Below, in pieces: positions 50,435 through 63,987 of a DNA stretch of 64,000 nt. The notes below the pieces were generated by a model, which saw nothing but the letters and a program-made list of their open reading frames with translations, was not told the DNA's origin and searched no databases. The stretch covers positions 61,318,001-61,382,000 of the forward strand of contig NC_042997.1 in the NCBI RefSeq assembly GCF_006345805.1. Direction: 5' to 3'. The stretch is from Octopus sinensis (taxonomy: Eukaryota). The position numbers and the translations under genes were made by a program. Each line of letters opens with the position of its first letter. Within the stretch, counting starts at the first letter, position 1.

Positions 50435-50836
50435 TAAGAAGAAGAAGAAGAAGAAGAAACCTTTATATTATAAGCACAAAGTTTGAAATTTTAGTCAAGG
50501 GACTAGTAAATTGTGTCAACCCCAATGCTCAACTGATACTTATTTCATTGACCTCAAAAGGACCAAAGGTAAAGTTGACCATAGTGGAATTTGAACTTAG
50601 AATGTAAAGATGGATGAAATGCCTCTAAGCATTTTGTCTGACATACTAATGAAACTGCCAATTTACTATGTTTAATAGTTCTTTCTTATATAGACACAAA
50701 GCCTGGAATTTTTGTGGAGAGTTATAGTTGATTACATCAACCCTAGTTCTTGACTAGTACTTGATTATTCAACTCCAAAAGTATGAAAGGCAGAATTTGA
50801 TCTCAGAACATAAAGCCAGAGGAAATGGTAATAATG

Positions 50837-50925
<89 letters not shown>

Positions 50926-51130
50926 TATAATTCATTCTTCCATAGGCACAAGGCCTGAAATTTGCCGGCAGGAGATTTAGTGAATTACATCGATCCTGGT
51001 ATTCAATGGTGCTTTTTTAAATTGACTTCGAAATTATGAAAGCCAAAGTCACCTCAGAATGTACAGATGGATTTAAAGGTTGCTAAGCATTTTGTCTGGT
51101 AGTATAATCATTCTACCAGCTCACTACCTT
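49577..51130. mobile_element. Cluster of five Meta-like SINEs (+,+,-,-,-)
   Basis: +49577-49790, +49806-50025, -50458-50665, -50690-50825, -50935-51130. Confidence 0.75.
50826..50930. repeat. (AAT)n microsatellite
   Basis: Long near-pure AAT run. Confidence 0.97.
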
Positions 51131-51172
51131 AATAATAATAATAATAATGATGATGATGATAATAATAATAAT

Positions 51173-52258
51173 CTTACAAAACCACCACTGTAGGATTAAA
51201 TACATATCTTGAGCTGTCAAAAGATCCTCTAATGAAGCTTGTGCACCAGCATGATAAAGTAAAGAAACTAAACTAGGTATACAAAGAATCTGTACAGTTT
51301 AAGAAACAACTGATGATGGAGGAACCTAGGATGAAGGCGAGTGAGAAAGTAACCCTGTTTGCTAAAAGAGTTAAGGAAGAGATGAAAAAACAAGCCCAGA
51401 AGAAGAGCAAAGAAGAATGGCTAGAAAAACTAATGCATGGCCAATATCCATGTAGAGTGAACAAACCTGGCGTAGAAAAACAAGACACTCATGTATGGAT
51501 GAAGAGCTCTGGACTGAAGGCTGAAACCGAAGGTTTTATCATAGCAGTACAAGATCGAAGCTTGGCAACCAGAGCTTACCACAACAAAATAATGAACGAT
51601 GGCACTGACCCGAAATGCTGAATGTGTCATGAGCAGCATGAAACATTGGACCACTTCTTAACTTGATGCACAGCGCTTGCAAAAACTGAATATATTCATA
51701 AACACGATAGAGTAGCGTAATATATCCATTGGAAGATATGTAAACACTACCAGCTTCCAACTTCAGAAAAATAGTACCAGCATAAACCTGAAACTGTGAC
51801 AGTACTGATGTAACAGTACTCTGGGACATGCCAATCAACACTGATAAAGAAATCATGGCAAACAGGCTGGATATAATCATCAAAGATTGGAAGAATAAGA
51901 ACTGCTTAGTGATAGATGTGACAGTACCATCAAAGAGTAATTTGTCCGTTAAAGAAGTTGAGAAGTTATTCAAGTACAAAGACCTAGAAATAGAAGTAAC
52001 CAAGATGTGGGGAATGAAAAGCAGCACAGCACCAGTGGTGATTGGAGCATTAGGGCTAATTAAAAAGGGCTTTGATAAGCAGCTCAACAAACTCCCTTGC
52101 AGTGTTAACGTGGGAGAACTTCAGAAAATAGTGTTGCTAGGTTCCGCACACATTTTACATCATGTACTCTCCATGAGATGAGGATCTGCTGTGACCCTAG
52201 GGTCAAGAGATGACCCCGGTTTAGCAGAAGACAATGGACCATATTTTATTTTTAAAAA
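51173..52258 (+). mobile_element. 5'-truncated R4/Dong-like LINE (CCHC knuckle and restriction-like endonuclease)
   Basis: MHGQY, GLKAETEGFIIAVQD, C*MCHEQHETLDHFLT*C, HDRVA, WD.PI.TD...NRLDIII...IDVTVP...EK..KYKDL, PVVIGALG; multiple stops. Confidence 0.88.
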
Positions 52259-52842
52259 ATAATAACAACAACAACATAGGCAGAGAGTCACACATTTTAG
52301 AGGGATAATATGGTCAATTATATTGCTGCAAAGACCACAGTTACCATTTTCAAGGAATCTAGTGTCTTTTTATTTAATGTTTAATAAGCTATTGTGTTGT
52401 CATTTAGCTTTGATACATCATACCTATAACCAAAGACACATTGTCAATGTGTCCTTCCTTTTTGGAACGTTAGTGTATAATAGAGGGAAATTTGGTCACT
52501 ATTTCTTGTGGGTCAAGCAGCTGCATAGAAGATACCTCTTTTACTCATATTTAATAGGTGAATGAAAGATGTAGCATCTAACCTCTTCATAAAAGCTATT
52601 TCTTCTGTCTTGAATCAGAAAACCTCAGTTTCCTGTAAATAAGGAATGCCACAAGGAAATGTGCAGTGATATAAAGTGGATAGGTGCTTCTTATTTAAAA
52701 CTTTTCAAAGAATTAGAATGGAAATATTTGTACAAAATAAACAGCAAACATATAAAGAGAGAGAAAAGAAGCATTAAATCATCCCACTTATGTTAGTGAA
52801 TGACTGCAGCTGTAGTTGGCAGGAAATTATGACGATGGTCAA

Positions 52843-53363
52843 ATTACCTGTGTAATAACCTAACCTTGCTTTATTTAATCAGGCTTGAAACTTTCATAAT
52901 TTCCTAGGAATTGAAGAATTTGTTGCCATATAAGTGTCTGTTGCCATATATATGCCATTCTTTATGTTATTTTTATAATAATTTATATCCATCAATTTTT
53001 GTTTTATTATTTTCTTTTTATTTTGTGAATACTAACATCTCTAATTGTGGATTTTCAACAAACCTATCTCTAGTTTGACTAGAGTATATACAGGATTTTT
53101 TTTATTACCTGTGTAATAACCTAACCTTGCTTTATTTAATCAGGCTTGAAACTTTCATAATTTCCTAGGAATTGAAGAATTTGTTGCCATATAAGTGTCT
53201 GTTGCCATATATATGCCATTCTTTATGTTATTTTTATAATAATTTATATCCATCAATTTTTGTTTTATTATTTTCTTTTTATTTTGTGAATACTAACATC
53301 TCTAATTGTGGATTTTCAACAAACCTATCTCTAGTTTGACTAGAGTATATATAGGATTTTTTT
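52843..53363. repeat. 261-bp tandem duplication (about 99% identical)
   Basis: ATTACCTGTGTAATAACC... recurs at +261; one substitution and one T-run length difference seen. Confidence 0.95.
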
Positions 53364-55306
53364 GTTCAGTGCACCAATTTACCTGTTGTGTGTGTGACTC
53401 AGTCAGTTTTATTTTAAGATTTTTTGTCAATAGAGAAAGAGCCAGTTTTCTAACTGAGATCCAACATCTGAAAGATGTCCAGATGTTGGATCATCTTCAA
53501 GACTCTCCTTTCCCCTCCTAAATTCAGCTTCTCACTTTTGCACTGTTGATAAAGCTAGAATGTCATCTCCTAATGTAGCAGCCATGTCAACATGAATTTC
53601 CTTTGGGGCTAAACCATTTTTCTGTAGGTAGCTTGTAGCACTGCAATGTCAAATTTTGTGCATTTTCAAGAGAAGTTACTGTTCTCTGAACAGTCAGATG
53701 TCATTTAACCTCAAAAGAAATAATGTAGCATTTAATAAAAAAGCTGAAATTAGAGCATCCAAGACTTCACAGCTCCAACATGACTCCTTAGTAGTCAGCC
53801 TATGAACTTTTCAACCCTCTCTCATAGCAGTCTCTGACTACAGTACTGCAGTATAAAATACAAGTATAAATATAATTTTAAGTACCATAGCTGATTTGGT
53901 CTTTTGATGTACTTTTGTCACATTTTGGTAAATAAATTTTAAGTCTCTTTGGGCCTTGACTAAACTCATTCAGTATTTGCAAGCATTAAAACAATAATTT
54001 CCTGACAGAATATCAAGAAGACATTAGAAATTAGAAGGAAAAACTATCTTGGCTAATTTGTCTAAATATTAATACTGAAAATGGATTAATGTATTTATTT
54101 GAAGTGTTTTAAAAATCTTATGCAAATCTTTGCAAAACTTTACTAACTTGGGTACAGATAGTGATGTCACTGTTTGCAGCTCATCTTTAAACAAGGATAT
54201 CATTGTAATTGAGCTGCAACCAGTGAAGTATGCAACTAACTCTGCACACAAATTTCTCTGAAATAAAAATTCCCTTATTTGAAAAATAGATGCAGGTTGG
54301 CAACATCTAGTGTGTCCAGCCATAAAAATCCTGCATTGAAATCTATTTTAATCTAAAGCCAGACAATCATGGAGAACACGTTAAATGAAACAAAAGAATG
54401 AACATTATCTGATAGAGGACTCAATACAAGTGTGGAGCCTAACAAGTAGGCTGAGTGTATAGAAGTTTCACTAGCATCAGGTCATTAGGCTGTAGTTAAT
54501 TTAGTAACTCTAATACTTGCTGTTGAAACAACTTGACTTATTTTCCTCTCAGCTTTCTTTTATTAGTTCTTTGACTAATATTCAGATTGAGAAAACGTGT
54601 TAAAGGGTTTAAGCTTCTGTTTGAGGCATTAGACTTTCTGTCTTCCCCACAGTGAGTCAATTTGTTCCACTGTTCTACTATTCATATTCACAACAAAGAA
54701 CACTACTAGCTTCCAACAAAGAACACCACTAGCTTCCCCAGATCCTGCTGTTTACTTTATTAATAAAGCTAGCTTACTAATTCTTGTCACTCTGACTTTA
54801 ATATCATTAGAAAGGAAATAATTATTGCATGCCAGTCAGATTGATACAGAAAGTGCCAAAGAATCACTGTTATATTTAGTTTAAGAGAGCAAGCTAAGTT
54901 GGTATTGTTTGTTAGTATTACGCTGATTCTTACTGATATAAAAGAACTAATTAGGAGGTGTCTAGAATTAGTTTTCTTCATAAGATCTAAAACAGTTTCT
55001 CAAATAACTTTTATTACACAAACCAATTTATTGTCAAGTTCCTGTATTGATATCCTGCCAAAAATTCAGTTACAAATCTCTCATGTCATGTTCCATTGCC
55101 ACAAGATATTTTGCTCAGAATGTTCTGTTAATATGTAAAATCCTTCAGATGTGAAATATGTATGTTAATTCATTTTCAAAGTTAACTGATTGGTACGTTT
55201 GAAAAACGTTTTACCAATTTTGTGGTTAAGAAGCTTACTTCTTTATTGAGTGGTCTTGGGTTCGGCCCCACTGCACCCCCCCCCCCACACACACACACGC
55301 ACACGC

Positions 55307-55368
<62 letters not shown>

Positions 55369-56773
55369 CTTAAAAATAAGTTTTGGGATTGATTTGTTTG
55401 ACTAAGCTCTTCAAGGTGGTGTTCCGGCGTGGCCACAGTCCAATAACTGAAAACAGTAAAATGTTATAAGTCCTCTCCCAATCTCTGTCTCTTTCTCTCT
55501 CTAACTCTGTTAGATGCCCTTTTGAAGATAGTCTCTCCCATCCTCTCTCTCTCACACACACACACACAGTCCAAAAGTAGTTGCATACCATGATTATCTA
55601 CGACTCTGTTCATTTTGAAAATAGTGTTGGTCTACTAGTTAGCTGCAGGTGTATCTAGAAATCATTCTGGCATTAGACTACCAGTCAAATAATGTTCTGT
55701 TATAAAATCTAAGGCTGATATTAGCCTAATATTTAGACAGCCAAACCTGACAAGGTACAACTTTCTCTTCTAGTTTGAATATTGCATTACAGTGCTAGCA
55801 GTTTCTACTTGGTCATCCTATTTGAAAATGGCATCAAAGTTTTGGCTAGTTTATTGATTGTTGATGTTTTTGTTATTTAGACCTAGGTAAGCCTTAATTG
55901 TGTACATATATCATCAACTGTATTCCATCTGTAGCTGTCTCATTCTTTATTCAGACACATTATGTGTATTTTGTTTGAATTTCTTATCTTTTATCTTTTC
56001 CTTGTTTCAGTTATAGGACTATGGCCATACTGGGGCACTGCCTTGAATTGTTTAATTGAACAAATTACCCCAGTACTTATTTTTTAAGCCTGATATTTAT
56101 TATATCAATCTCTTTTACTGAACTACTAAGATACAAGGATGTAAACAAAATGACAAGCAGTGGAGGAGGATAAACATAAGCACAAAGAGAGAGAGACACA
56201 CACACACACACATACACATGCATGCGCGCATGTACACACACACACATAATGGGATTCCACACAGTTTCTGCTTACCAAACTTACTTACAAGGCATTGAAT
56301 GACCATGGTCTATTGTAGAGGATGCTTGCCTCAGGTGCCATGCAGTGGGACTGAACTTGAAATCACATTGTTGGAAATTGAGCTTCTTAACTACACAGGC
56401 AAGCTTAGTCAAAGAATTGTTCTTATAAATTAATATATTCAGACTAGTGTACATGCCATAGTTGTTATAGTCACATGTATGAGACATTGGACCATTTGGC
56501 TTTGTATTAAAAAAGGAAAAAAAACCATTAAACATACAACCATAAAATAAAGTTAGGTTTACAGCTCCTAATTTTCTCCACCTAATTGTCCTTTTGGACA
56601 ATAGGGTACTGAATATAAGTTTAGTAGCTTAGCTAGTGGACATGAATTGAAAGTCTGAGTTAATCAAGTTGTATATAATCTAGCAGAAGCACAACAAGCA
56701 ACAGATTATTTAATAAGAAGAATATTCCTGGAATGGACTACTGAAAGAGAGCAATCTACTCTTGTAGAGTTAA

Positions 56774-56998
56774 CCCTTTAACATTTAAACTGGTCATATC
56801 TGGCCAAAATATTCTACCTGTTTTATGTTTAAACTGGCCAAAAAGATCCAGCCTCTCACACTGACCCTACAATGTTAGTCTAAAAAATATACAGTGACAT
56901 AACTGAAATCTCAAGGCTACAAGATAACGCAGTATAAATTGAAAATGATGTGAATAAATAAGCATTACATTTGATAGAATAATCTGAGTGCTAAAGGG
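56774..56998. mobile_element. piggyBac-type MITE
   Basis: TTAA|CCCTTTAACAT...GTGCTAAAGGG|TTAG. Confidence 0.75.
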
Positions 56999-57048
56999 TT
57001 AGTAATAGGTTTGGTTTCATATTCTAAGAACATTTTTGACTGCAACGG

Positions 57049-57090
57049 CACCTGAAGAAGGCTAGAGGATACAATATCCAAAACCTTGTG
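57049..57090 (+). ncRNA. Decayed hammerhead motif homologous to the 16773 module
   Basis: CAC-CTGAAGA-A-GGCTAGAGGATACAATATCC-AAAA-CCTT-GTG, followed by sequence resembling the 16718 SINE tail. Confidence 0.5.
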
Positions 57091-57816
57091 ATTATAACAA
57101 CCAGCATAAGAACACTTGTTATCTAATATGTACCTCATTTTTAAGTTGGTAGGATATGATTTGAAGAAACGTTTTGTTTTTTCCATTTTTTTTTCTTTTT
57201 TGTAGCAGTTCAAGCAACCACATAAATGTTCTTTTATTGGCTCATTGCTCATCAAAGCTTCTTTATAAACTTGATAGATCCTCCCTCATTAATTAAGTTA
57301 TAGCATCATCTGTTGTATTTTTATGTCTCACTTGGTTACTCCATCCATCCATCATTCCATCCATCCATCCATTCAGCCCACAATTCCTGCAAGACTCTTG
57401 GAACCTGAGTCCTCAAACATACATCTCACTGTCATGCAGAAGATACTGTCAGAAGCAGATGTTTGCCTATGGTTTGATTACTTAATGTATGGATAATTTT
57501 ATTGCACCAGTTAGTTTCACTAGATTAAACAAACTATTCAACTGATTGCATAGATTCAAATTGTTTAAAGTTCTGATCACAGATTCTGAATAGAAACAGT
57601 TTGTAAACAAGTAGAAAATACATGATTTTTTTTTTATGTTTTCCCTATGATTGTGGAAAGAAATGGTATACAGACACACAAAAAATAAATCTTAATTCAC
57701 ACTTGAATTAATTTGCTTTATTGTTAGTTTCAAAGCTATTTAAATATTACCAATACATCAACACCACATGGAAATAAGAATAAAACATTGCTCTATATAT
57801 ATATATATAGCGTGTG

Positions 57817-57867
<51 letters not shown>

Positions 57868-58321
57868 CATACATACATGCATATACACACACATACACAC
57901 TTATGCTACTGTACTGAAGTATATTCATATCATTAAATCATATTCTTTCTCAATTTTCTCAAATGAATCTCAAGGAAAAACAAACTGTTTCATCTCAGTA
58001 TCGCAGCAGTGTTGTAAAGCAATCTCAAATGAAAGAATAAAAACATTCAGACTTGTGCAGTTTTATACTTAAGATATGCTGCTGGGAATTCATTTGCACA
58101 GCAACTCTATGTTTTGAATATATGTACATGCTGTCAAAGAAGCAAAAGAGCCTCACCATGAAACTGTTTGCATCTCTATTCATTTGTTCAGCTAAATATG
58201 TGTAAAGATACAAACTTGTGTTTCCATGTATGTGTGTGTATATATATATGTATATATAATGGAGATGTACTTGCAATAGCAAGTGACTTAATCTGAGATT
58301 GTGTGCTGAAACAAAAACACT

Positions 58322-58505
58322 TGCAGCGTGGAAGGTGTTTATAAGCCATTTAAAAACACACAAAAATCATTAAATTCACTTCAGACTGATCAGGTCGCGG
58401 TCTCAAAGGGACAAAAATATTTTGGTAAATTAAATTTAAATGTTGAAGTGAATCTAATGGTTTTTGTGTGTTTTTAAATGGTTTATAAACACCTTTCATG
58501 CTGCA
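58322..58505. repeat. Inverted repeat (62-bp arms, 60-nt spacer)
   Basis: 57/62 identical; all 5 differences are transitions. Confidence 0.93.
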
Positions 58506-58517
58506 GTTGTATATACA

Positions 58518-58559
<42 letters not shown>

Positions 58560-58570
58560 GTATATATATA

Positions 58571-58602
<32 letters not shown>

Positions 58603-58616
58603 ATATATATATATAT

Positions 58617-58652
<36 letters not shown>

Positions 58653-61600
58653 CTTTTGTTTGTTTCAGTCATCTGACTGTGGCCATGCTACAGCACCAAC
58701 TTGAAGGGTTTTAGTTGACCAAATCAACTGCAGTACTTACTTTTAAATCTGTTACTTATTTTATCATTATCTTTTACTGAACTGCTAATTCATGCAGATG
58801 TAAACAAACCAAAACTGGTTATCAAATGGTGTTGGGGTGATAAACACAAAGACATGCACACACACACACACATGCACACATATAATATATACATGATGAG
58901 CTTCCACACAGTCTCTTTTCACCAAATCCATTCTCAGAGCATTGGTGGTCCAGGGCTATAGTAGAAGACATTCGACCAATGTGCTGCACTATGAACCTGA
59001 AACCACATGACTGCCAAGCTAGCTTCTTAACCACAGCGCCATATCTGTAGCTATTCATTTATACACACGCACACTTGCAATCAAATACAAAATCAAAAAC
59101 AGTGTGCATGTGCAAAATTAATAATCTAAAATGGTGACAATTTACCCATCGCACCTTGTATGTATGTATGTATGTATGTATGTATATGTGTATATGCATA
59201 CATATATATATGTTTATTTATACTTTTATTCTTTTGCTTGCTTCAATCATTTGGCTGTGGCCATGCTGGAGCACCGCCAGCATGGCCATAGAAGGAATCG
59301 ACTCCAGGACTTATTCTTTGTAAGTTTAATACTCATTGTATCGATATCTTTTGCTGAACATCTAGGTTACGGGGATGTAAACACACCTATATCAGTTGTC
59401 AAGCGATGGTGGGGAAACAAACGCAGACACACAAAAATATACATACATACATACATACATATATATATATGTGTGTGTGTGTGTCTATACATGCATACAT
59501 ATATGTGTGTGTGTGTGTAAATATATGTATAGGCATGAAAGCATGCATATATACATATAGGAACAAATTAAAATTATGACTGTGTACACTAGAATGGAAG
59601 ATCAAAATAATGGTGAAGGGTGTATATGATCACATAAAGGACAAAAATAAACTTAGATAAACCATTCTGTCAGCCATCTTTTCCTCCAAAGTCATTATAA
59701 TTCTGGCACTGGAAAAGGGTATCACTCATCTGGAAAGTGCCGGGATATAAAATAACATAAAATGAAATCTTATGCTTGAAAACACACTGGACAGGATGTT
59801 AGCATGGAGAGAAATTAGAAAAATACTTTTGTGATAAACAAACACAACTGGACAGAGGAATGTTGGACAAAAGTGATGAGTGTGAAGCTTGTGAGACCAA
59901 TCACAATAGAAAGAAGAGGGAGAGATCAGTCAGCATGAGCAGGTGATGTAAAAGGGAGAGAAGGAATGCAAGATAGAGCAAGCAAAAGATAGTGTTAATC
60001 ACAGTGAGAGGAGCGAGTAGGGGTGAAAGTATCAGTCTTATGTCTCCATAATGTGTATCTTTCTTAAGACTTGACTTCATTTTGTTTTGTTTTTATCTTG
60101 GCTCTTTTCAAATGAGCAATATCAAATTTTACCAGGGCTGAAATTATGATGACTCTGAATTAAAAAGTTGGTTGATGTAATGGGTTTATCCATGTCCTGT
60201 TCTTTTATATATTTTCCATTACTTGCTGTAATATATGGAGAATTACATCGTGGAAGACTATATTTACCCTGCTAGTCATTATCAGGTTTTCAAAAGTGTT
60301 TCTTCATCCAAGAGAGAAGATTGAAAGGAGAGAGTCTTGTGGTTTTTACAAAGAGTTTATTTGTACAGTGAGACTAAATGTAGGTATATTAAGCACATGC
60401 TTGCTAATATATTTACACAGTTTCCACAGATATACTGTCTCTTGTTTTCATTAACATATATATTTGCTTAGCTTTATAATTTTGGTAGTCTATACCTTTC
60501 CAGATGTTCTCTTCCTGTAGTCTCTAAAATTTTACCTGCATATATTGGTTTATAGAAAACAAAGCTACTTTTATATGCTGGCTGCTTGAACATGACTATT
60601 TAGTATCATTAAATTCATAGTTTCATTATGCAAAACAACATTCACAATATTGTTTGTGATTTAATAGAAAATGTTGATGTGTAACCAGTAAGCTTGTTCG
60701 GGAAGTAAATTGATGACCAATACGTATGTACCTGGAAACAATAAACATTTTATGAATAAAGAGCAGGGATGGTTTATAGGTATTAAAATAGTATATAGTT
60801 TTAACGGTCCACTGATAGCTGATATTGGTGTTGGTGATAAAATTTTGTTTCCATTGGAATTACAGCAATTGTAACTTACTTGAAATAGATTTATTATTGA
60901 CTATACAAATAGTATACAAAATTATGTCAGCATATTCAGTCATATCTATAGTGTGTTTAGTAGTTACAATAGATTACAGTATATCTATAACTTAAATCAA
61001 TATGCTACCTCAAAGCACTGTTCAGGCTCTCATTAAATATGTCATAGACTGTAGCAAATTATTATGTGTCTGTATGTCTCTCCCTCTTCTTATTTCTATA
61101 TATGTTCATATATGTATGTGTGTGTGTATGTGCATGCATGTGTGGATGTGTATATATGTACAGACACCTGTAGATGTTTTTAGCTCATAATATTTTGCAA
61201 AGAAGCAATGTTCATAACATTTTTAGTTCCTTGCAGAATGAGGACAAGGATAAGTAGGTAGGCATGGAAGTATGGTTAAGAAGCTTACTTTGTATCCACA
61301 CATTTGCAGGTTCAGTCCCACTGTGCTGTGCCTTGGGCAAGTGTTTTTCATTATACTTTGTGAGTAAATTTGGTTGACAGAAACTATATTGATGCCTATA
61401 TATGTGTGTGTGTGTGCAGGACCAGATTTAAAACATGGTGCCTGAGGGATTTATGCACAAGAATTGAAATCTTGGAAAATTACTAAATTTAGATCTCAAA
61501 ATCCATCTATTGCATGTAATTAAATTTCATGAGTTAGCAGAGAAAGTTTAAATAGAAGACTGAAAATGTCGTTTGATAGATACACTTTTCAAAATTCTAA

Positions 61601-63822
61601 TTTCGTTTTTCACACATCCACTTGCAGTTTTGACTTTTTCTTTGTTGTGAAAAGCACAATGAAGGAGGAAGATATGTTTTTCTTCAATGCAAATTACAAG
61701 TGTTGCAAAATGGAGAATACAATAAAATGACAGAAAATTACATGAATGAAATATTTTAGTAGTTGCTGCTGTTCCAAAGGCATGGTGGGAGTATGTGGGG
61801 GTGGAAGGGCAAACATTTTGAAGACATGGATTTTTAAAATTCTTGTTTTAAAAGCTTTCCCTTCATTGTTTGGCTATGCATGAAAAAAGAAAAGGGGAAA
61901 ATCCTGACAAAAACAGGGTAATTCCAACTTATATGGGACAGCTATTCTGAAAGTCCACTTTTCCAGTAGGGGCACAATGAGTAATATTTACTGCGTTTTT
62001 TTTCTCCAAATGTTCACTACCTTGTCAAAACTATATCAGCAAAGAAAAGACCTCTAAATGCATTAAAAACAGTATAACATATTCAGAACACTATTTCAGA
62101 GAATTATCTATGTTCACTTTAGATGGGGTAAAACGAGTAAGACAAGGTGAGGTCAATTTACCTTTTCCATCCTTAGACATCAGAAAGATTAGAAAATCAA
62201 TAAAATTTTTTAAATATCTTGGTCAAATGAAAGAAGATCATGCAAAAAGCGAAACTCATCTAAATCTAAAAACTAAGTATAAAATATTCTCTATAGTTTC
62301 TTCATGATCTGGTGAATTAGATCTCTTCCTGACATATATATATGTGTGTGTGTGTGTGTGTATGTATATACATGCACCAACCAGATAAAGAGAAGAAATT
62401 ATTGAAATTAGTCATTACTCATTTTACCCCAATTTGGATATCACCTCTTTGAAAATTGTAAATGATCAAATTAGAAATTAGTGTGGGAAGAAAATTGACT
62501 TGGATTCCTACAGAGAAAAGAATATTGATTGCTAAACAACAAAAATTACCCAGATAATTTATTAGTGACTTCAGTTACAATCGATTCAAATTTGAGAAAA
62601 AAAATTCCTTGCGAAAAGTACCTGCCGCCTGACTATGTTTCAAACTCTCTCAACTTCAACGACTATGCTGACCAACTTTTTACCTCCAAAGATAATGCAA
62701 CAGTATAAAATGGTAAAGCAATACTTGCAATGTAATGGTTTCAAACAGGTAAAAAGAAAATAACAAGTTGGAAATAACGCATTTTGCCCCAGTTACTAAT
62801 TTTGCCCCACTCCTCTATAGTAATATTAAGTGTTTGACAAAATGACACAAAATGTAGAGAGTAAAAAAAACGAAGGTTTGATTTAATGAAAAACATTTGA
62901 AAATATATGCAATAATTCTAAAATATTCTTTTAGCTGTTCAGAGATGTTATTTTATAATTCAAACTACCATTAAAACCCATGTGATTTATGCAGGTGATT
63001 TTCAGGATAAAATTTGTTAACAAAAGCTTCTACTCATGTAAGATTCACACCTAAAAGTTTTCAGAATTGCTGATATAATCAGGGGAAAAAGGTTTTCAAT
63101 TTAGTTGTATTTAGCATAATTTCACTTACTTACGATTAGATTTTATTAAATTTTCATTGTATAAAAATAATTTCTGTTTAACAGGTATCACATTGAAAGT
63201 TATTAAATTACAAAGTATTTGTGTTGTTTATCGTAAATTTTACTTTACATTACTTGCCCACAAGAGATTATGTCCAATCTTTAGCATACTGCTGTATGTC
63301 TTTCCAAATCACAAATACAGGAAAAGTTGTTGATAAGAAGTACCAACAAAAACAAAACTGATAAATACACACAAGTATTGCAAATTAAGTTTAATTACCA
63401 ATAAACATCATCTTGGATGACACTTTACTCAACCAACAAAGGAAGATGATCGATCAAACTGATTATGTAAACAGAATTCTTTTCCACTTATTCTTATCGG
63501 AACCTTTGATACGGAGTATTGAAATTTTAATTCCTTTCACACTTATAAAATGTCAAGCAAACTTTAAAATTTGTTATTACCATTATTGTCAGTATGAGAA
63601 GAACTTCTGAATCACTTACTGTTAAGGAGAAATTAAATATGAGTTTCATTGCAACTCCAAGCAATGTAAAATATAGCCCAGATTGTGTTTACCTGCATGA
63701 ATGTCAAACCATTTAATAGTTTTTGTAAATTTATACAGAAAAAGTAAGCATTATACTGTCCAGCATAAATAAAAGTCAACTTCATTATGCGTATTTTAGC
63801 CATTACTTTTTCGGTAAAAACC

Positions 63823-63987
63823 TATTCTGACATTAACTGAGTCAATTTCCAGTATGAATTTTTACGCTTTGTACTTCTTTTTACAAAAAAAATACAAAAA
63901 AAAAAAACATATTCTGACATTAAATGAGTCAATTTCCAGTATGAATTTTTACGCTTTGTACTTCTTTTTACAAAAAAAAAAAAAAAA
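63823..63987. repeat. 87-bp tandem duplication, each unit ending in an A-run
   Basis: TATTCTGACATTAA...CTTTTTAC(A)n twice. Confidence 0.93.
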
